Part shown: piece after piece, positions 42,618 to 51,983 of the stretch | Layout of the letters: every line of letters begins with the position of its first letter | Numbering within the stretch: position 1 is the stretch's first letter | DNA from: an uncultured Anaerolineales bacterium | GTDB lineage: Bacteria > Chloroflexota > Anaerolineae > B4-G1 > SLSP01 | Assembly: GCA_964586915.1 (NCBI GenBank) | Contig: CAZPJP010000001.1 | Location: forward strand, 11,342 to 75,341 | Length of the DNA stretch: 64,000 nt | Direction: 5' to 3' | Position numbers and translations under genes: made by a program | Notes under the pieces: generated by a model | Databases searched by the model: none | Seen by the model: only the letters and a program-made list of their open reading frames with translations | What the model was told of the DNA's origin: nothing

Positions 42618-44198
42618 TTACTGCAAAGTGACCATGACGGCGATGGTGCCGGTGCCGTCGTCGAGTGCGCCGAGCGCCTTGCCAATCACCGTCCCAACGG
42701 CGGGATTGTCAGCCCGCATCGCGTGGCCGAGCGTCGGAGACGACATAAGTAAGTCGCCAGGATGGATGGCGCCATAGGAGGCATCCACGTTAACGGCCTG
42801 AAAGGCCCCCAGCGTGACCACACCTACATAGTCACCTGGGGCCACGGGACCCTCTTCCATAAAGTCGCGACCCTCCCCCAGCACATAGCGCTGGTCCACG
42901 ATGCCGACGACGCCAGTGCTCTCGGAGGTGCTCGCTCTACGCACGGTGAAAACAGGGATCTCGCCGACGACGGTCTCGGGAAGGACGCCGGTCACGACAA
43001 CCACATCGCCGCGGTTTAGCGCTTCATCGTCATCGTTCATAGCCACATCAAAGACGTAGCCGCTCTTGTCATTGGCGAATAGCGAATCCGAAACGACCAA
43101 ACTGCCATCGATACGGACATCGCCGTCGAAGTATCCGCCCCAGGCGAAGTTGCTGCCGGCTTCACCGTAGATCCCGGCGCCGTTCTCACTGTAGCCGTAG
43201 ACGCCCGCCGGCAGTGAATTGGTGGTCGAGGGAACGGCTGTGGTGCTTCCGAAGACACCGATGCCGGTGCTGCTTTCGAAGTAGCCGCCGTAGCCGGTCC
43301 CGTCCTCGGGTCCGGTGTTGGATCCATAGACACCGTGCGCTTGCCCCGATCCGTAGATCCCATCGCCGTCCGAAACGCCCAGTACACCGTAACCGGTCGC
43401 TGCCTGGCCCCGTACACCCACACCGTTGCCGGAGAGCTCGCCGAAGACGCCGTACCCAAGGAAGCCCTCGCTTGTACCGTACACACCGGCGCCTCGCTCA
43501 CTGTATCCGTACACGCCGGGTACGTACGGGTTGGTGGTCGAGGGGACCGCCGTGCTACTGCCGAAGACACCAATGCCGGTCGTGCTCTCAAAGTACCCTC
43601 CGTAGCCAGCGCCATTCGGGCCTCCTTCATTCAGACCATAGACGGCGAAGTTCGCGCTCTCCCCGTAGAGACCGGTGTGGGCGGATTCGCCGCGCACGGC
43701 CATGCCTGTAGCGGTGTTGCGCACCGTCAGCCCGTCTCCGGCTGTCTCCCGCTCTATCGTGGCGCCGGGCCGCAAGCTCATCGCGTAGGGCGCCGGACGG
43801 ATCTGCTGGCGGGGAGACAGCGTCTCCCCGTCGATGATGATGGCTAACCACAGAGGACTTCCGTCGAAGACGGCTTGTGGCACATTCAGCCCAACATCGA
43901 ACAGACCGTCGTTCACCTGGACGCTCCGCTCCCCGCTCTCGAAGACGGGTGCGCCCCCACTGCTGGCTCGGTACAGTTCGAACTGCATCGTATAGGTGCC
44001 GGTCAGTGGGGCGTCATCCTGATCTGTCAAATGTCCCTGATAGCCGATGGTTGCCTCAACCGTGCTCTGAAGGGTCAACGGTTGCTGCTGTTGTATCGAT
44101 TGGGTACCTGCGGGCAGGACGCCGGCTGCGCCGACAATCAGCGCGAACAAGACCAATCCCCCCAAGAGCAGCCACATTCTACCGAACCGAGTGGTCAT
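42618..44198 (-). CDS. Secreted or anchored Gly/Tyr-rich repeat protein, function unknown
   Basis: 526 aa with an N-terminal signal/anchor. It contains an internal ~44-aa duplication (GYGGYFESTTGIGVFGSSTAVPSTTNPYVPGVYGYSERGAGVYG versus GYGGYFESSTGIGVFGSTTAVPSTTNSLPAGVYGYSENGAGIYG) and many G(V/I)YG units suggesting a beta-solenoid or fibre. Confidence 0.6.
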   Translation of the reverse strand: MTTRFGRMWLLLGGLVLFALIVGAAGVLPAGTQSIQQQQPLTLQSTVEATIGYQGHLTDQDDAPLTGTYTMQFELYRASSGGAPVFESGERSVQVNDGLFDVGLNVPQAVFDGSPLWLAIIIDGETLSPRQQIRPAPYAMSLRPGATIERETAGDGLTVRNTATGMAVRGESAHTGLYGESANFAVYGLNEGGPNGAGYGGYFESTTGIGVFGSSTAVPSTTNPYVPGVYGYSERGAGVYGTSEGFLGYGVFGELSGNGVGVRGQAATGYGVLGVSDGDGIYGSGQAHGVYGSNTGPEDGTGYGGYFESSTGIGVFGSTTAVPSTTNSLPAGVYGYSENGAGIYGEAGSNFAWGGYFDGDVRIDGSLVVSDSLFANDKSGYVFDVAMNDDDEALNRGDVVVVTGVLPETVVGEIPVFTVRRASTSESTGVVGIVDQRYVLGEGRDFMEEGPVAPGDYVGVVTLGAFQAVNVDASYGAIHPGDLLMSSPTLGHAMRADNPAVGTVIGKALGALDDGTGTIAVMVTLQ

Positions 44199-44274
44199 CT
44201 AGGCCCCCTTGACTGTCTGCTACTGCAAACTGCCACGTTGTCGTCTACCTGAAGCACGCCATTTATGTGCCTTA

Positions 44275-44303
44275 ACCATACTATACGGCCTGCGCATTGT
44301 CAA
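44275..44303 (-). promoter_or_regulatory. Sigma-70-like promoter
   Basis: Minus strand: TTGACA (44303..44298), 17 nt spacer, TATGGT (44280..44275). An AT-rich stretch lies upstream. It is ~77 nt upstream of ATG 44198. Confidence 0.4.
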
Positions 44304-44385
44304 GGTTTAGATGATATAAATCTATTAAACGTGCGGTCCGAGAGATGATTGGCGGCGTAGTGAGGGATGCGTCGCTGGGAACAGG

Positions 44386-46572
44386 CTAGGGGGTGGCGTC
44401 CAGCTGTTGATGGAGTGCGTAGACGCCAGGGTGGTGGGGATCGAGCGCCAAGGCTCGCGCCAGGGCTGCTTGCGCTGCGTCGGGATGTCCGAGCGCCGCG
44501 TAGGTGCGCGCCAGCCCCAGGTGAGCCAGCGCTGTGTCGGGTGACCAGTGGACGGCCTCCTGATACGCTTCTAGCGCCATCTCCGGCTGGCCCTGAGCCA
44601 GCTTCACATCGCCGATAAGCCGGAAGGCCAAGCCATCGGTCGCGTCGAGGTCAACGGCTTGCTGGAAGCGCGCCAGCGCCGGATCGAGGCGGCCTTCTTC
44701 GAGGAAGACCTGGCCCCACGCCACGTAGAGCCGTGCATGATTGGGCGCCAGCGAGGCGGCTTGGGCGTAGACCTGGTGCGCCAGTGCGAAGGCCGTCGGG
44801 TCGATCTGTGTGCCGACCGTGGCGTAGAAGTCGCCCAGATGCACCCAGCCAGTGTAGTCTTCCGGTCGCAGGTCGCGGGCCGTCAGCAGCGTGGCTTCGG
44901 CCCGGCGCCAGGCGGCTAGATCTCCGTCGTCCTGTTGCGCCGCGCGCCAGGTGACCTGTCCCAGCAGCCACTGGTGCTGTGGCTCCCACGGCCAGAGCCT
45001 GACCGCTCGCTGAGCGGCACTCACCGCGCCTACGGTATTGCCAGCCTCGGTGCGGAGCACGGCGGTGCGATGGGCGATGCTGGCAAGCAGCGGTCGCCCG
45101 TTCAGCTGCACAGTGGCTGCCACACTCCCCAGAAGCAGCAGGCCTCCAACGATCCTGCGTAATCCTTGGGACGTCCGGGGATGTGGCAGGGCTGTTGGTG
45201 GTTCGCGCTCGGCAGCGCCCTGAGCCATGGCGGGTGACCCCACCAGGGCTATGAGCAGCCATGTGGTCGCAGCAGTCGCCGTCACGTCGAAGCTCACCAT
45301 CGTGCCAGCCAGATTGCCGGCGACGGCTGCGATGCAGGCCGTCAACACCATCCCGCGGGCGTTCAGCGGTGAAGGATCGTGCTCGATCCTTTGCATCGCG
45401 TCAGTGAGACGTCGTAGCCCGAGCGCGAAGAAAGACACCAGTACTGTGACAGAGGCTACCACACCGAGCAGTCCCACCGTCACTGCCCAGTCCAGCAGCA
45501 GGTTGTGGGCCCGGTCTACGAAGACGTGCCGTCCTTGATAGTAGACGAGTTGCGGCGGGTAGACCCGCGGGAAGACCATCGCCAGGGCGTCCGGGCCGTA
45601 GCCCGTCAGGGGACGGTCGGCGATGAGCTGGCCGACAGCCATCCATATCGTCCGCCGGGCTGCTATTGATCCGGTCTGGGCGCGCAACAGCAGCCAGCCG
45701 AGGAACATGAGCGCAACCGCGCCGACCAGGGCGCTGCTGACGGTCAGCAGCCTACGCCCGCGGCGGTCTAGGCTCGGCCAGAGCCGGAGCAGGCCATAGA
45801 CAGCCAATCCGGTCCCAGCCGCAAGCCATGCGCCTCGGACGAGCGTCAGCGCGATGACGGTCAACTCTCCGGTGAAGAGCAGGGCCAACAAACTGCGACG
45901 CCACCCCTGTTCTGCCATCAGCGTCAGGGCCAGCGTGAGGGGCGCGAGCATCGCCAGATAGGCGCCCACGAAGTTAGCTCGTCCCAAGGTCGCGATGATA
46001 GGCGCGCGGGCGTCGCTGACCAGGCCGATAGGATTCCAGCCAGCCGTCTGCAGCAGGCTCAGCGGCACGATGACGCCGGCTGTGGCGACCATCGCGCTGA
46101 GCAGGCGGTGGGCCTGCGCCCGAGTGTGCATCTGTGAGGTGACGATCAGGAAGAGAAGCAGGTAACTGAGCAGCGTGAGGGCGCCCTGTCCACGCTCCAT
46201 TGTCCCAAAGAGGCTCAGCAACGGGTTGACCGCGAAGACGGTAGCCGTCGCTATCGCGGCTGCAAGCAGGCCGACTGGGACCAGCAGCGCGTTGTCCCTG
46301 AGATCGCGCCATGGGTGACTGCGCCCGGCTAGCCATAGTACCATCCAACCGCCGGTCAGGAGCCAGACCAGCGCACGGAACAGCATAACCTTGGATAGCT
46401 CGAAGGGTTGATCCGCCCAGAAATTGACCCAGAGTGGGATCAGCAGTGCGATGATCAGCCAGCCCATCTCCACCGAGGCTGGCACTGTCTGCGGCGGGAG
46501 CTGTGCGTCTTCTGAGGTGTTGGGTGTAGCTGATGAGCTCACGCCGCCGCTCTCCCGATGATTAGGGTGCAT
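44386..46572 (-). CDS. O-antigen ligase (Wzy_C)-like membrane protein fused to C-terminal TPR repeats
   Basis: 728 aa. About 12 TM helices with an RAHNLLLDWAV-type loop, then TPR-like repeats (AWGQVFLEEGRLDPALARFQQAVDLD...ALEAYQEAV...LGLARTYAALGHPDAAQAAL). Confidence 0.8.
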   Translation of the reverse strand: MHPNHRESGGVSSSATPNTSEDAQLPPQTVPASVEMGWLIIALLIPLWVNFWADQPFELSKVMLFRALVWLLTGGWMVLWLAGRSHPWRDLRDNALLVPVGLLAAAIATATVFAVNPLLSLFGTMERGQGALTLLSYLLLFLIVTSQMHTRAQAHRLLSAMVATAGVIVPLSLLQTAGWNPIGLVSDARAPIIATLGRANFVGAYLAMLAPLTLALTLMAEQGWRRSLLALLFTGELTVIALTLVRGAWLAAGTGLAVYGLLRLWPSLDRRGRRLLTVSSALVGAVALMFLGWLLLRAQTGSIAARRTIWMAVGQLIADRPLTGYGPDALAMVFPRVYPPQLVYYQGRHVFVDRAHNLLLDWAVTVGLLGVVASVTVLVSFFALGLRRLTDAMQRIEHDPSPLNARGMVLTACIAAVAGNLAGTMVSFDVTATAATTWLLIALVGSPAMAQGAAEREPPTALPHPRTSQGLRRIVGGLLLLGSVAATVQLNGRPLLASIAHRTAVLRTEAGNTVGAVSAAQRAVRLWPWEPQHQWLLGQVTWRAAQQDDGDLAAWRRAEATLLTARDLRPEDYTGWVHLGDFYATVGTQIDPTAFALAHQVYAQAASLAPNHARLYVAWGQVFLEEGRLDPALARFQQAVDLDATDGLAFRLIGDVKLAQGQPEMALEAYQEAVHWSPDTALAHLGLARTYAALGHPDAAQAALARALALDPHHPGVYALHQQLDATP

Positions 46573-46696
46573 ACTACAAACGACCGAGGCTCCGCTAGTA
46601 GGTGCCGAGCCGTGAATTCATGCAGCATCATTGTATCGCGTTCGGGCCTCGATGTCGACGTCACTCCGCGCGCTAGTGCACGATCCCAGAAATGAG

Positions 46697-46726
46697 GAGG
46701 ACGGGAGCCGTGCGGCCCCCGTCCTC
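46697..46726 (-). terminator. Possible intrinsic terminator after lipoprotein gene
   Basis: 9-bp GC-rich stem (gaggacggg / cccgtcctc) with a 12-nt loop. On the minus strand it is followed by CTCATTTCT. It lies 85 nt downstream of the stop at 46811. Confidence 0.4.
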
Positions 46727-46810
46727 GCTAACTCATTCTCCGGCCCCCTAAGCCTGTGAAGCTCAACGCGTGTGATCCCACAGGTGTTTCTGGCGTCGCC
46801 TAACCTGAGG

Positions 46811-47278
46811 TTATCCCTCCGGGGCGATGTTGTCCACAGATAGCTCGAATGTGGCGGTCTGATCGCCGGCTACGACAGTATAGGTACCTGCCGGCAGTCC
46901 CCGCACGTCGAGATCCACTGTCTCCTCAAAGGGCACCAATGCCTGGGTGCATATCGCGTCAGGATCCCGCGACGTTTCGACCGTAATCGTGTATGTCTTC
47001 GCGTCCTCGTCCTGTACGACATTGAACGCCTCAATCTCCGTGCACCCGTCGGAGAGATGCCCTGTGATGTGGGCCCTGACCTGGACCGGGAAGGATTCGA
47101 GGATCATCAGATCCAGCGATTCGACGAATGCCTGCCCCCCTGACGGAACATCATCGGTTGGTGCCGGGGGGAGCGGGGCCCCATCCACCAGATCAGATGG
47201 GCGACACGCACTAAGAGCCAATACCGTCATCAGTCCCAATCCCAAGAGCAAACTGAAAGCCACCTTATGTTTCAACAT
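46811..47278 (-). CDS. Lipoprotein, function unknown
   Basis: 155 aa with a signal peptide and LSAC lipobox. No recognisable domain. Confidence 0.6.
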   Translation of the reverse strand: MLKHKVAFSLLLGLGLMTVLALSACRPSDLVDGAPLPPAPTDDVPSGGQAFVESLDLMILESFPVQVRAHITGHLSDGCTEIEAFNVVQDEDAKTYTITVETSRDPDAICTQALVPFEETVDLDVRGLPAGTYTVVAGDQTATFELSVDNIAPEG

Positions 47279-47414
47279 TCCTAACCTCCTATGTCAAAGG
47301 ATGTTTACCAGACTCATCCTTATGACGTGTCGGAGACCGGAAAAGTTCCACAAACGCACAGGCGGGAGCGATTTCGCTCCCGCCTGTGCGTTGTCCGCCT
47401 CAGCCCGTAGGGGA

Positions 47415-48443
47415 TTAGTAGTGGCTCACCACTTTGATCCCCATAGGGGCCCAGTTATAGATCCACTCCGCGTCGGGCAACGAGAGATTCACACACCCGT
47501 GGCTCATTGGGGTGCCGAAGTTATTGTGCCAATAGGCGCCGTGGATCGCGTACCCACGGTAAAAGTACATCGTGTGCGGGACGTTGGGAAGGTAGTAGCC
47601 CGGCCCGCTCATCGGTGTGTACCGGTATTTAGCATAGACGTGATACGTGCCCACGACCGTCGGCGTTCGCCAGGTGCCTGTGGAGGCCAGCGCTGAGTAG
47701 ACCGCCGTCTGTCCCTCGTAGGCGGTCACACGTTGAGTGGTGAGGTTGATGTCGATCCACTTCTCGCCTCCCGTGCCGGGACCGGGATCGGGCCTCGGGG
47801 TGGGATTGGGTGCGGGAGGGTCGCCGGCGTCATCGCCGCCACCGGGGATGCTTAATCGCTGGCCAACGTAGATGGTGTTCGACGTCAGTCCATTGGCGGC
47901 GCGCAGCGCACTGACCGTGGTACCATACCAGCGCGCGATGCTGAAGAGTGTGTTGCCGGCCTTGACCACGTAATAGCCATCGCTCGTTGCGGGTGGGTCC
48001 GGGTCAGGGCTCGGCGCGGGAGAGGCTTCCCCGCCCGGGATGGTCAGTCGCTGACCGACATAGACCCAGGAGTTCCAATGAAGCCCGTTCATGTTCGCCA
48101 GCTCGCTGGCGCTGACCCCATGCCGGGCTGCGATGCTGATCAGCGTGTCGCCACGTTGGACCACGTAGGTCGTGCCGCTGGGAGCCGGAGCGGGATTGAG
48201 GGGCGCACTCGTCGGGATGGTGAGTCGCTGCCCTGCGTAGACCCAGGCATTCCATCCCAAGCCGTTAGCTGCAGCGAGCTGACTCACGGAGATCCCGTAA
48301 CGTCCTGCGATGCGCGTCAGCGTATCACCGGGTTGTACGATGTACGTTGAGTCAGGCAGCGGTGCGGCAGCGATGGGCCGCCACCCCGACGTTGTCAGGA
48401 CCACGCCAAGCACCAAGAGGAGAAGACCACGCCATCGCTTCAT
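47415..48443 (-). CDS. LysM-repeat L,D-transpeptidase (YkuD domain)
   Basis: ORF trimmed to ATG 48443 (GGAG lies 9 nt upstream; 48464 is a GTG). Four LysM-like repeats (Y.V..GDTL..IA..YG.S...L...N.L) are followed by a YkuD catalytic motif (IHG...SHGCVNL). Confidence 0.85.
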   Translation of the reverse strand: MKRWRGLLLLVLGVVLTTSGWRPIAAAPLPDSTYIVQPGDTLTRIAGRYGISVSQLAAANGLGWNAWVYAGQRLTIPTSAPLNPAPAPSGTTYVVQRGDTLISIAARHGVSASELANMNGLHWNSWVYVGQRLTIPGGEASPAPSPDPDPPATSDGYYVVKAGNTLFSIARWYGTTVSALRAANGLTSNTIYVGQRLSIPGGGDDAGDPPAPNPTPRPDPGPGTGGEKWIDINLTTQRVTAYEGQTAVYSALASTGTWRTPTVVGTYHVYAKYRYTPMSGPGYYLPNVPHTMYFYRGYAIHGAYWHNNFGTPMSHGCVNLSLPDAEWIYNWAPMGIKVVSHY

Positions 48444-48658
48444 GAAAAGAGACTCCTTTCGCACGCCCCCCGGAGTTTGTATCGAGCCGTCGTTTCTGCG
48501 CTTGTGTTGCTCGCCGGGCCAGCTCCCAGAAACTATGGGGTAGACGCCCAGTGAGACGCATCAGAAGCGCTGCCGGAACGGGAGTTAGCCTACTCCTATA
48601 CTAGCACTCTTTTCCTCCTGTGCGCATTCTTTTGCGTTTCAGTTGGGTTAAGGACGTT

Positions 48659-49819
48659 TCAGTGTCGCCTGAGGAAAGCCGCAGCTCCCAATAACACCGC
48701 CATCACCTGCAATGCGAAGACTGCGAAAAGCGGCCAGTCGGTTGGCTCGCTCTTCGGTGCAACTAGCTCGTCAGAAGGGAGGGGCGTCCAGGTGGGGTAA
48801 GGGGTGAGCAGGCCCTCGTACGCTTCGGGCTCGGGAGGAAGCGAGGTTCCCTCTGTAGGAGATATGGGATTCAGAGGGGACGCCGTCGGCCTCACGGAGT
48901 CCGATGCTGGCGTTGCGTCGGGGGGCGGCGCGGCCTCAGTGGCCTCTGGCGACGTTGTGGGCTGTTGTGATGAGGGTGGGATGGGCGCTAAATCGGTGAA
49001 GGGCGTGGGTGTAGGGGGCGATTCGCCGGGTGGCACCAGACGAATGAGGTCCTCAGCAATCGCTGTGCGGCTCGCCCCGTCACGAAACTCCACGTATACG
49101 GCATAATCCCCGGGCTCCTGTCCGGATAGCGTCCAGGGAAGGAGGGGCTCCCAGGGTTGCCAGGGCAGCCCATCGAAATCCGGCGTGTTGCTGACCCGAA
49201 CCTCGATAGCTTTGCCGATCCAGGCGCCATCTCCCAGCGGTACGGCATCTTCGTTTGTGAGGCGCAGGGCGACCTGGGGTGACTCCGTGGTCTCGGCGCC
49301 GTCGTTGATGAAGATCGGCAGGACGCCGGGCCGAGATCCCAGATCCACGACAAAGTAGCGGATTCCGTGATCGTCGGCGTAGCCAATGCCAGCCTCACGA
49401 TACCGCGGATCTGTGAGGACGGCCCACTCAGCGTTATTCCTGAACCACGTTACAGCGTCCTCGGCTGTACCGAGTCCGGTCCACAGCACCTCGTCAACCA
49501 TCAAGCCGTCATCCCAGGCGTGGTAGCGAGCCTCGCGAATGCGCTGCTGATAGCTGCTGCCCTCCGATCCTTCGGAGGTCACGCCGCCTTGGTCCACCAG
49601 GTCCTCAGCGTGGCGCTGCGCGGCCTGATTGAGGAGCGTGGAGTTTCCCAGTGGCGCTAGCCCCTCGTTGAGCCGCATTTGATTGAGTAGATCCAGCAAC
49701 TGTCCCCGGGGATCGTCCTGAGCGGAAGTGGGCTGGGATGCGGCAACGAGCAGAGCTGCGACAATTAGCCAAAAGCCCAGCCTCACGCCTATGGGAAGAT
49801 GATCGCTACGAGACCTCAC
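48659..49819 (-). CDS. CAP/SCP (PR-1-like) domain protein with Pro-rich linker and C-terminal TM anchor
   Basis: 386 aa with a signal peptide. LLNQMRLNEGLAPLGNSTLLNQAAQRHAEDL resembles a CAP domain. The GTG start overlaps the upstream stop (GTGA). Confidence 0.7.
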   Translation of the reverse strand: MRSRSDHLPIGVRLGFWLIVAALLVAASQPTSAQDDPRGQLLDLLNQMRLNEGLAPLGNSTLLNQAAQRHAEDLVDQGGVTSEGSEGSSYQQRIREARYHAWDDGLMVDEVLWTGLGTAEDAVTWFRNNAEWAVLTDPRYREAGIGYADDHGIRYFVVDLGSRPGVLPIFINDGAETTESPQVALRLTNEDAVPLGDGAWIGKAIEVRVSNTPDFDGLPWQPWEPLLPWTLSGQEPGDYAVYVEFRDGASRTAIAEDLIRLVPPGESPPTPTPFTDLAPIPPSSQQPTTSPEATEAAPPPDATPASDSVRPTASPLNPISPTEGTSLPPEPEAYEGLLTPYPTWTPLPSDELVAPKSEPTDWPLFAVFALQVMAVLLGAAAFLRRH

Positions 49820-50604
49820 GCGCTCACTCCCTTCAAGACTAACCGCATCGCATCCAGAAGGACCGGGCTTGCAGCCAGCAGGGGATCTGGACTGTAAGGG
49901 GTCCAGTCTTCCCCGGATACCGTGCCGACGGCGCCGCCGGACTCTCGAACCAACAACGCTCCGGCTGTCTGATCCCAGGGCTTCATGTGAACGCTAAAAT
50001 ACCCGTCCACCCAACCGGTTGCCACATAAGCCATATTCAGTGCCGCAGATCCCAAAGCTCTGATCGTCCGGCCTTGAGCAAGGAACCGCTCGACGTACTC
50101 CAGCATCTGTTGTCGCAGCACGGGTTCACGGGGGGTGTCAATGCTAACGATCGCAGCGGCGATCTCCGTTTGTCCTGAGACGCGGATCGGCTCTCCATTT
50201 AAGGTGGCGCCGCCACCTGCGTAGGCCGTGAACGCCTGTGCGCGAAGGGCATCATAGATGATACCTACGACAGGCACGCCGTCCTCTACAGCCGCAACAG
50301 CCGTGCTGAAGTTGGGGTTGTTCCGGGAGAAGTTGTTTGTGCCGTCAAGAGGATCGATGAGCCAACGTACGCTGGCGTCGCCTACCTCGACACCCGCTTC
50401 CTCGGACGTCACCGCGTGTTCTGGGAAAGCGGCGTGCAAACGGTCCAGGATGATCGCCTCCATAGCAAGATCGGCGTCCGTGACAATGTCGCGGAAGCCT
50501 TTCTCATGGATGACGTGCTCTGTGCGCCACACCCGTCGCGCGTAGGCCGCGGCTTCTTCCACGGCGTCCAGCCCCACGCGAAGCCACTGCTCGTAGCGAC
50601 TCAT
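49816..50604 (-). CDS. Inositol monophosphatase family protein
   Basis: ORF trimmed to ATG 50604 (ATGA overlap with the upstream stop). It has the motifs SEE, WLIDPLDGTNNF and WDQTAG. Confidence 0.85.
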   Translation of the reverse strand: MSRYEQWLRVGLDAVEEAAAYARRVWRTEHVIHEKGFRDIVTDADLAMEAIILDRLHAAFPEHAVTSEEAGVEVGDASVRWLIDPLDGTNNFSRNNPNFSTAVAAVEDGVPVVGIIYDALRAQAFTAYAGGGATLNGEPIRVSGQTEIAAAIVSIDTPREPVLRQQMLEYVERFLAQGRTIRALGSAALNMAYVATGWVDGYFSVHMKPWDQTAGALLVRESGGAVGTVSGEDWTPYSPDPLLAASPVLLDAMRLVLKGVSA

Positions 50605-51983
50605 GGTGTCGCCGGCTCCGGCGTTGGAGATGGCAAAGGCTGCATCTGGAATCCCACACCGGTATTGCAGGCCGTTACCGCCGTCTCGACGTATGCATCT
50701 GTATCGGCGTCCACTTCCTGAAAGGCAAGGAGTCCACGCAACAGTGCTGCACGACAGGTGATGCGATTCGTTGCTTGAGGCCACGCGACCCAATCACCAC
50801 TGTCCGCTGCATCGAGGGTGATTTCCCAGAGCCTGACGTCGGATGACGCCACAGGCATCTGCTCGACTGTCTCCAACTCGGCCTCGATGACAGAACGCCG
50901 GACGGGGATGTACTCTGTCGTCTGTCCCCAGTAGCGTTGAGACTCGGGGGAGAAGAACCAGGATAACGCCCTGAGTGCAGCCACCTGGCGATCCCCCTCC
51001 GGGGCCGAGACCATCAGCGCAGGACCGTACCAGAGCGTGGGGCCGGGACCAGTGGGGCCCGGGAGGGGGTTGATTCCCAGTGGGAAATTGCGACCGGCAA
51101 GGATCGCACGCTGAACCTCCGCAAGATACTCGCTCGACTCTACAATCATAGCCATTGAGCTTTTGCTCAGCCGTGCTAGACCCTCGTCGCGATCTTGGTA
51201 GACCGTGCCACACTCACCGCTCATCACAGCCTGGAGGATCGAAGCCGCTGCCCGCCCTTGCTCATCGGAGAACTGGTAATAGCCATCCTCGCCGACGATC
51301 TCGGAGCCACTGGCTGTCAGGAATGCCAGGAGCAGGCTGGCGCGCGCCGGCACGCCTACGCCAATCTGGCCTCTGAGGGGATCGGTCGCGCCACAAGCTG
51401 TCCGGCGGAAGTCCTCCCAGTTCGCCAAGCCCGCATCGTACCCTAAATCGCCCAGCCATTCCAGGTTGAAGTACGCAAGGTAGGTCGCCAGCCCCAGCGA
51501 AAGTGCCTGAGGTGCTCCATCGACCTCGTAGAGTGCGCCGGCCATAGGCAAAATATCGCTCCACGCCTCCGCTATCTCCGACGACTGTGTGGGGGGTGCG
51601 CTCACGATACCCAAGGCGACATAGCTCTGCAGATCCTTCGGCCAGATGGTGATCAGATCGGGTCGGCTCTCCGGGGCGCCCCGCAGTTTTCCGAGCAGAT
51701 CCTCTTGGTATTCGGTAATCAGCACAATCTGCCAGGGATTCTCGGCATTGAAGCGATCGGTCAAGGTCTCGACGGCCTTAGCTTCCGCGCCGGTGAAGGT
51801 GTGCCAAAGAACGATGATCTGTCGTTCCTCTGCCGACAGCAGTCTCACGGGACCGCAGCCTGTTACCGTCACTACCATCGCTGCGATCAGAAGAGCCAAG
51901 CCGTGTTGGAGGAGAAGGCGGACACGCTTGCGGAGGCTAGAGCTTGCTGCAACGGTCTGCTGTGTTCTGTGCATATGTCTCAC
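50601..51983 (-). CDS. ABC-type extracellular solute-binding lipoprotein
   Basis: 460 aa with a signal peptide and VTGC lipobox. The layout is that of a sugar-type family-1 solute binder. The GTG at 51983 overlaps the murJ stop; the alternative ATG is at 51974. No cognate permease or ATPase genes are adjacent. Confidence 0.75.
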   Translation of the reverse strand: MRHMHRTQQTVAASSSLRKRVRLLLQHGLALLIAAMVVTVTGCGPVRLLSAEERQIIVLWHTFTGAEAKAVETLTDRFNAENPWQIVLITEYQEDLLGKLRGAPESRPDLITIWPKDLQSYVALGIVSAPPTQSSEIAEAWSDILPMAGALYEVDGAPQALSLGLATYLAYFNLEWLGDLGYDAGLANWEDFRRTACGATDPLRGQIGVGVPARASLLLAFLTASGSEIVGEDGYYQFSDEQGRAAASILQAVMSGECGTVYQDRDEGLARLSKSSMAMIVESSEYLAEVQRAILAGRNFPLGINPLPGPTGPGPTLWYGPALMVSAPEGDRQVAALRALSWFFSPESQRYWGQTTEYIPVRRSVIEAELETVEQMPVASSDVRLWEITLDAADSGDWVAWPQATNRITCRAALLRGLLAFQEVDADTDAYVETAVTACNTGVGFQMQPLPSPTPEPATP

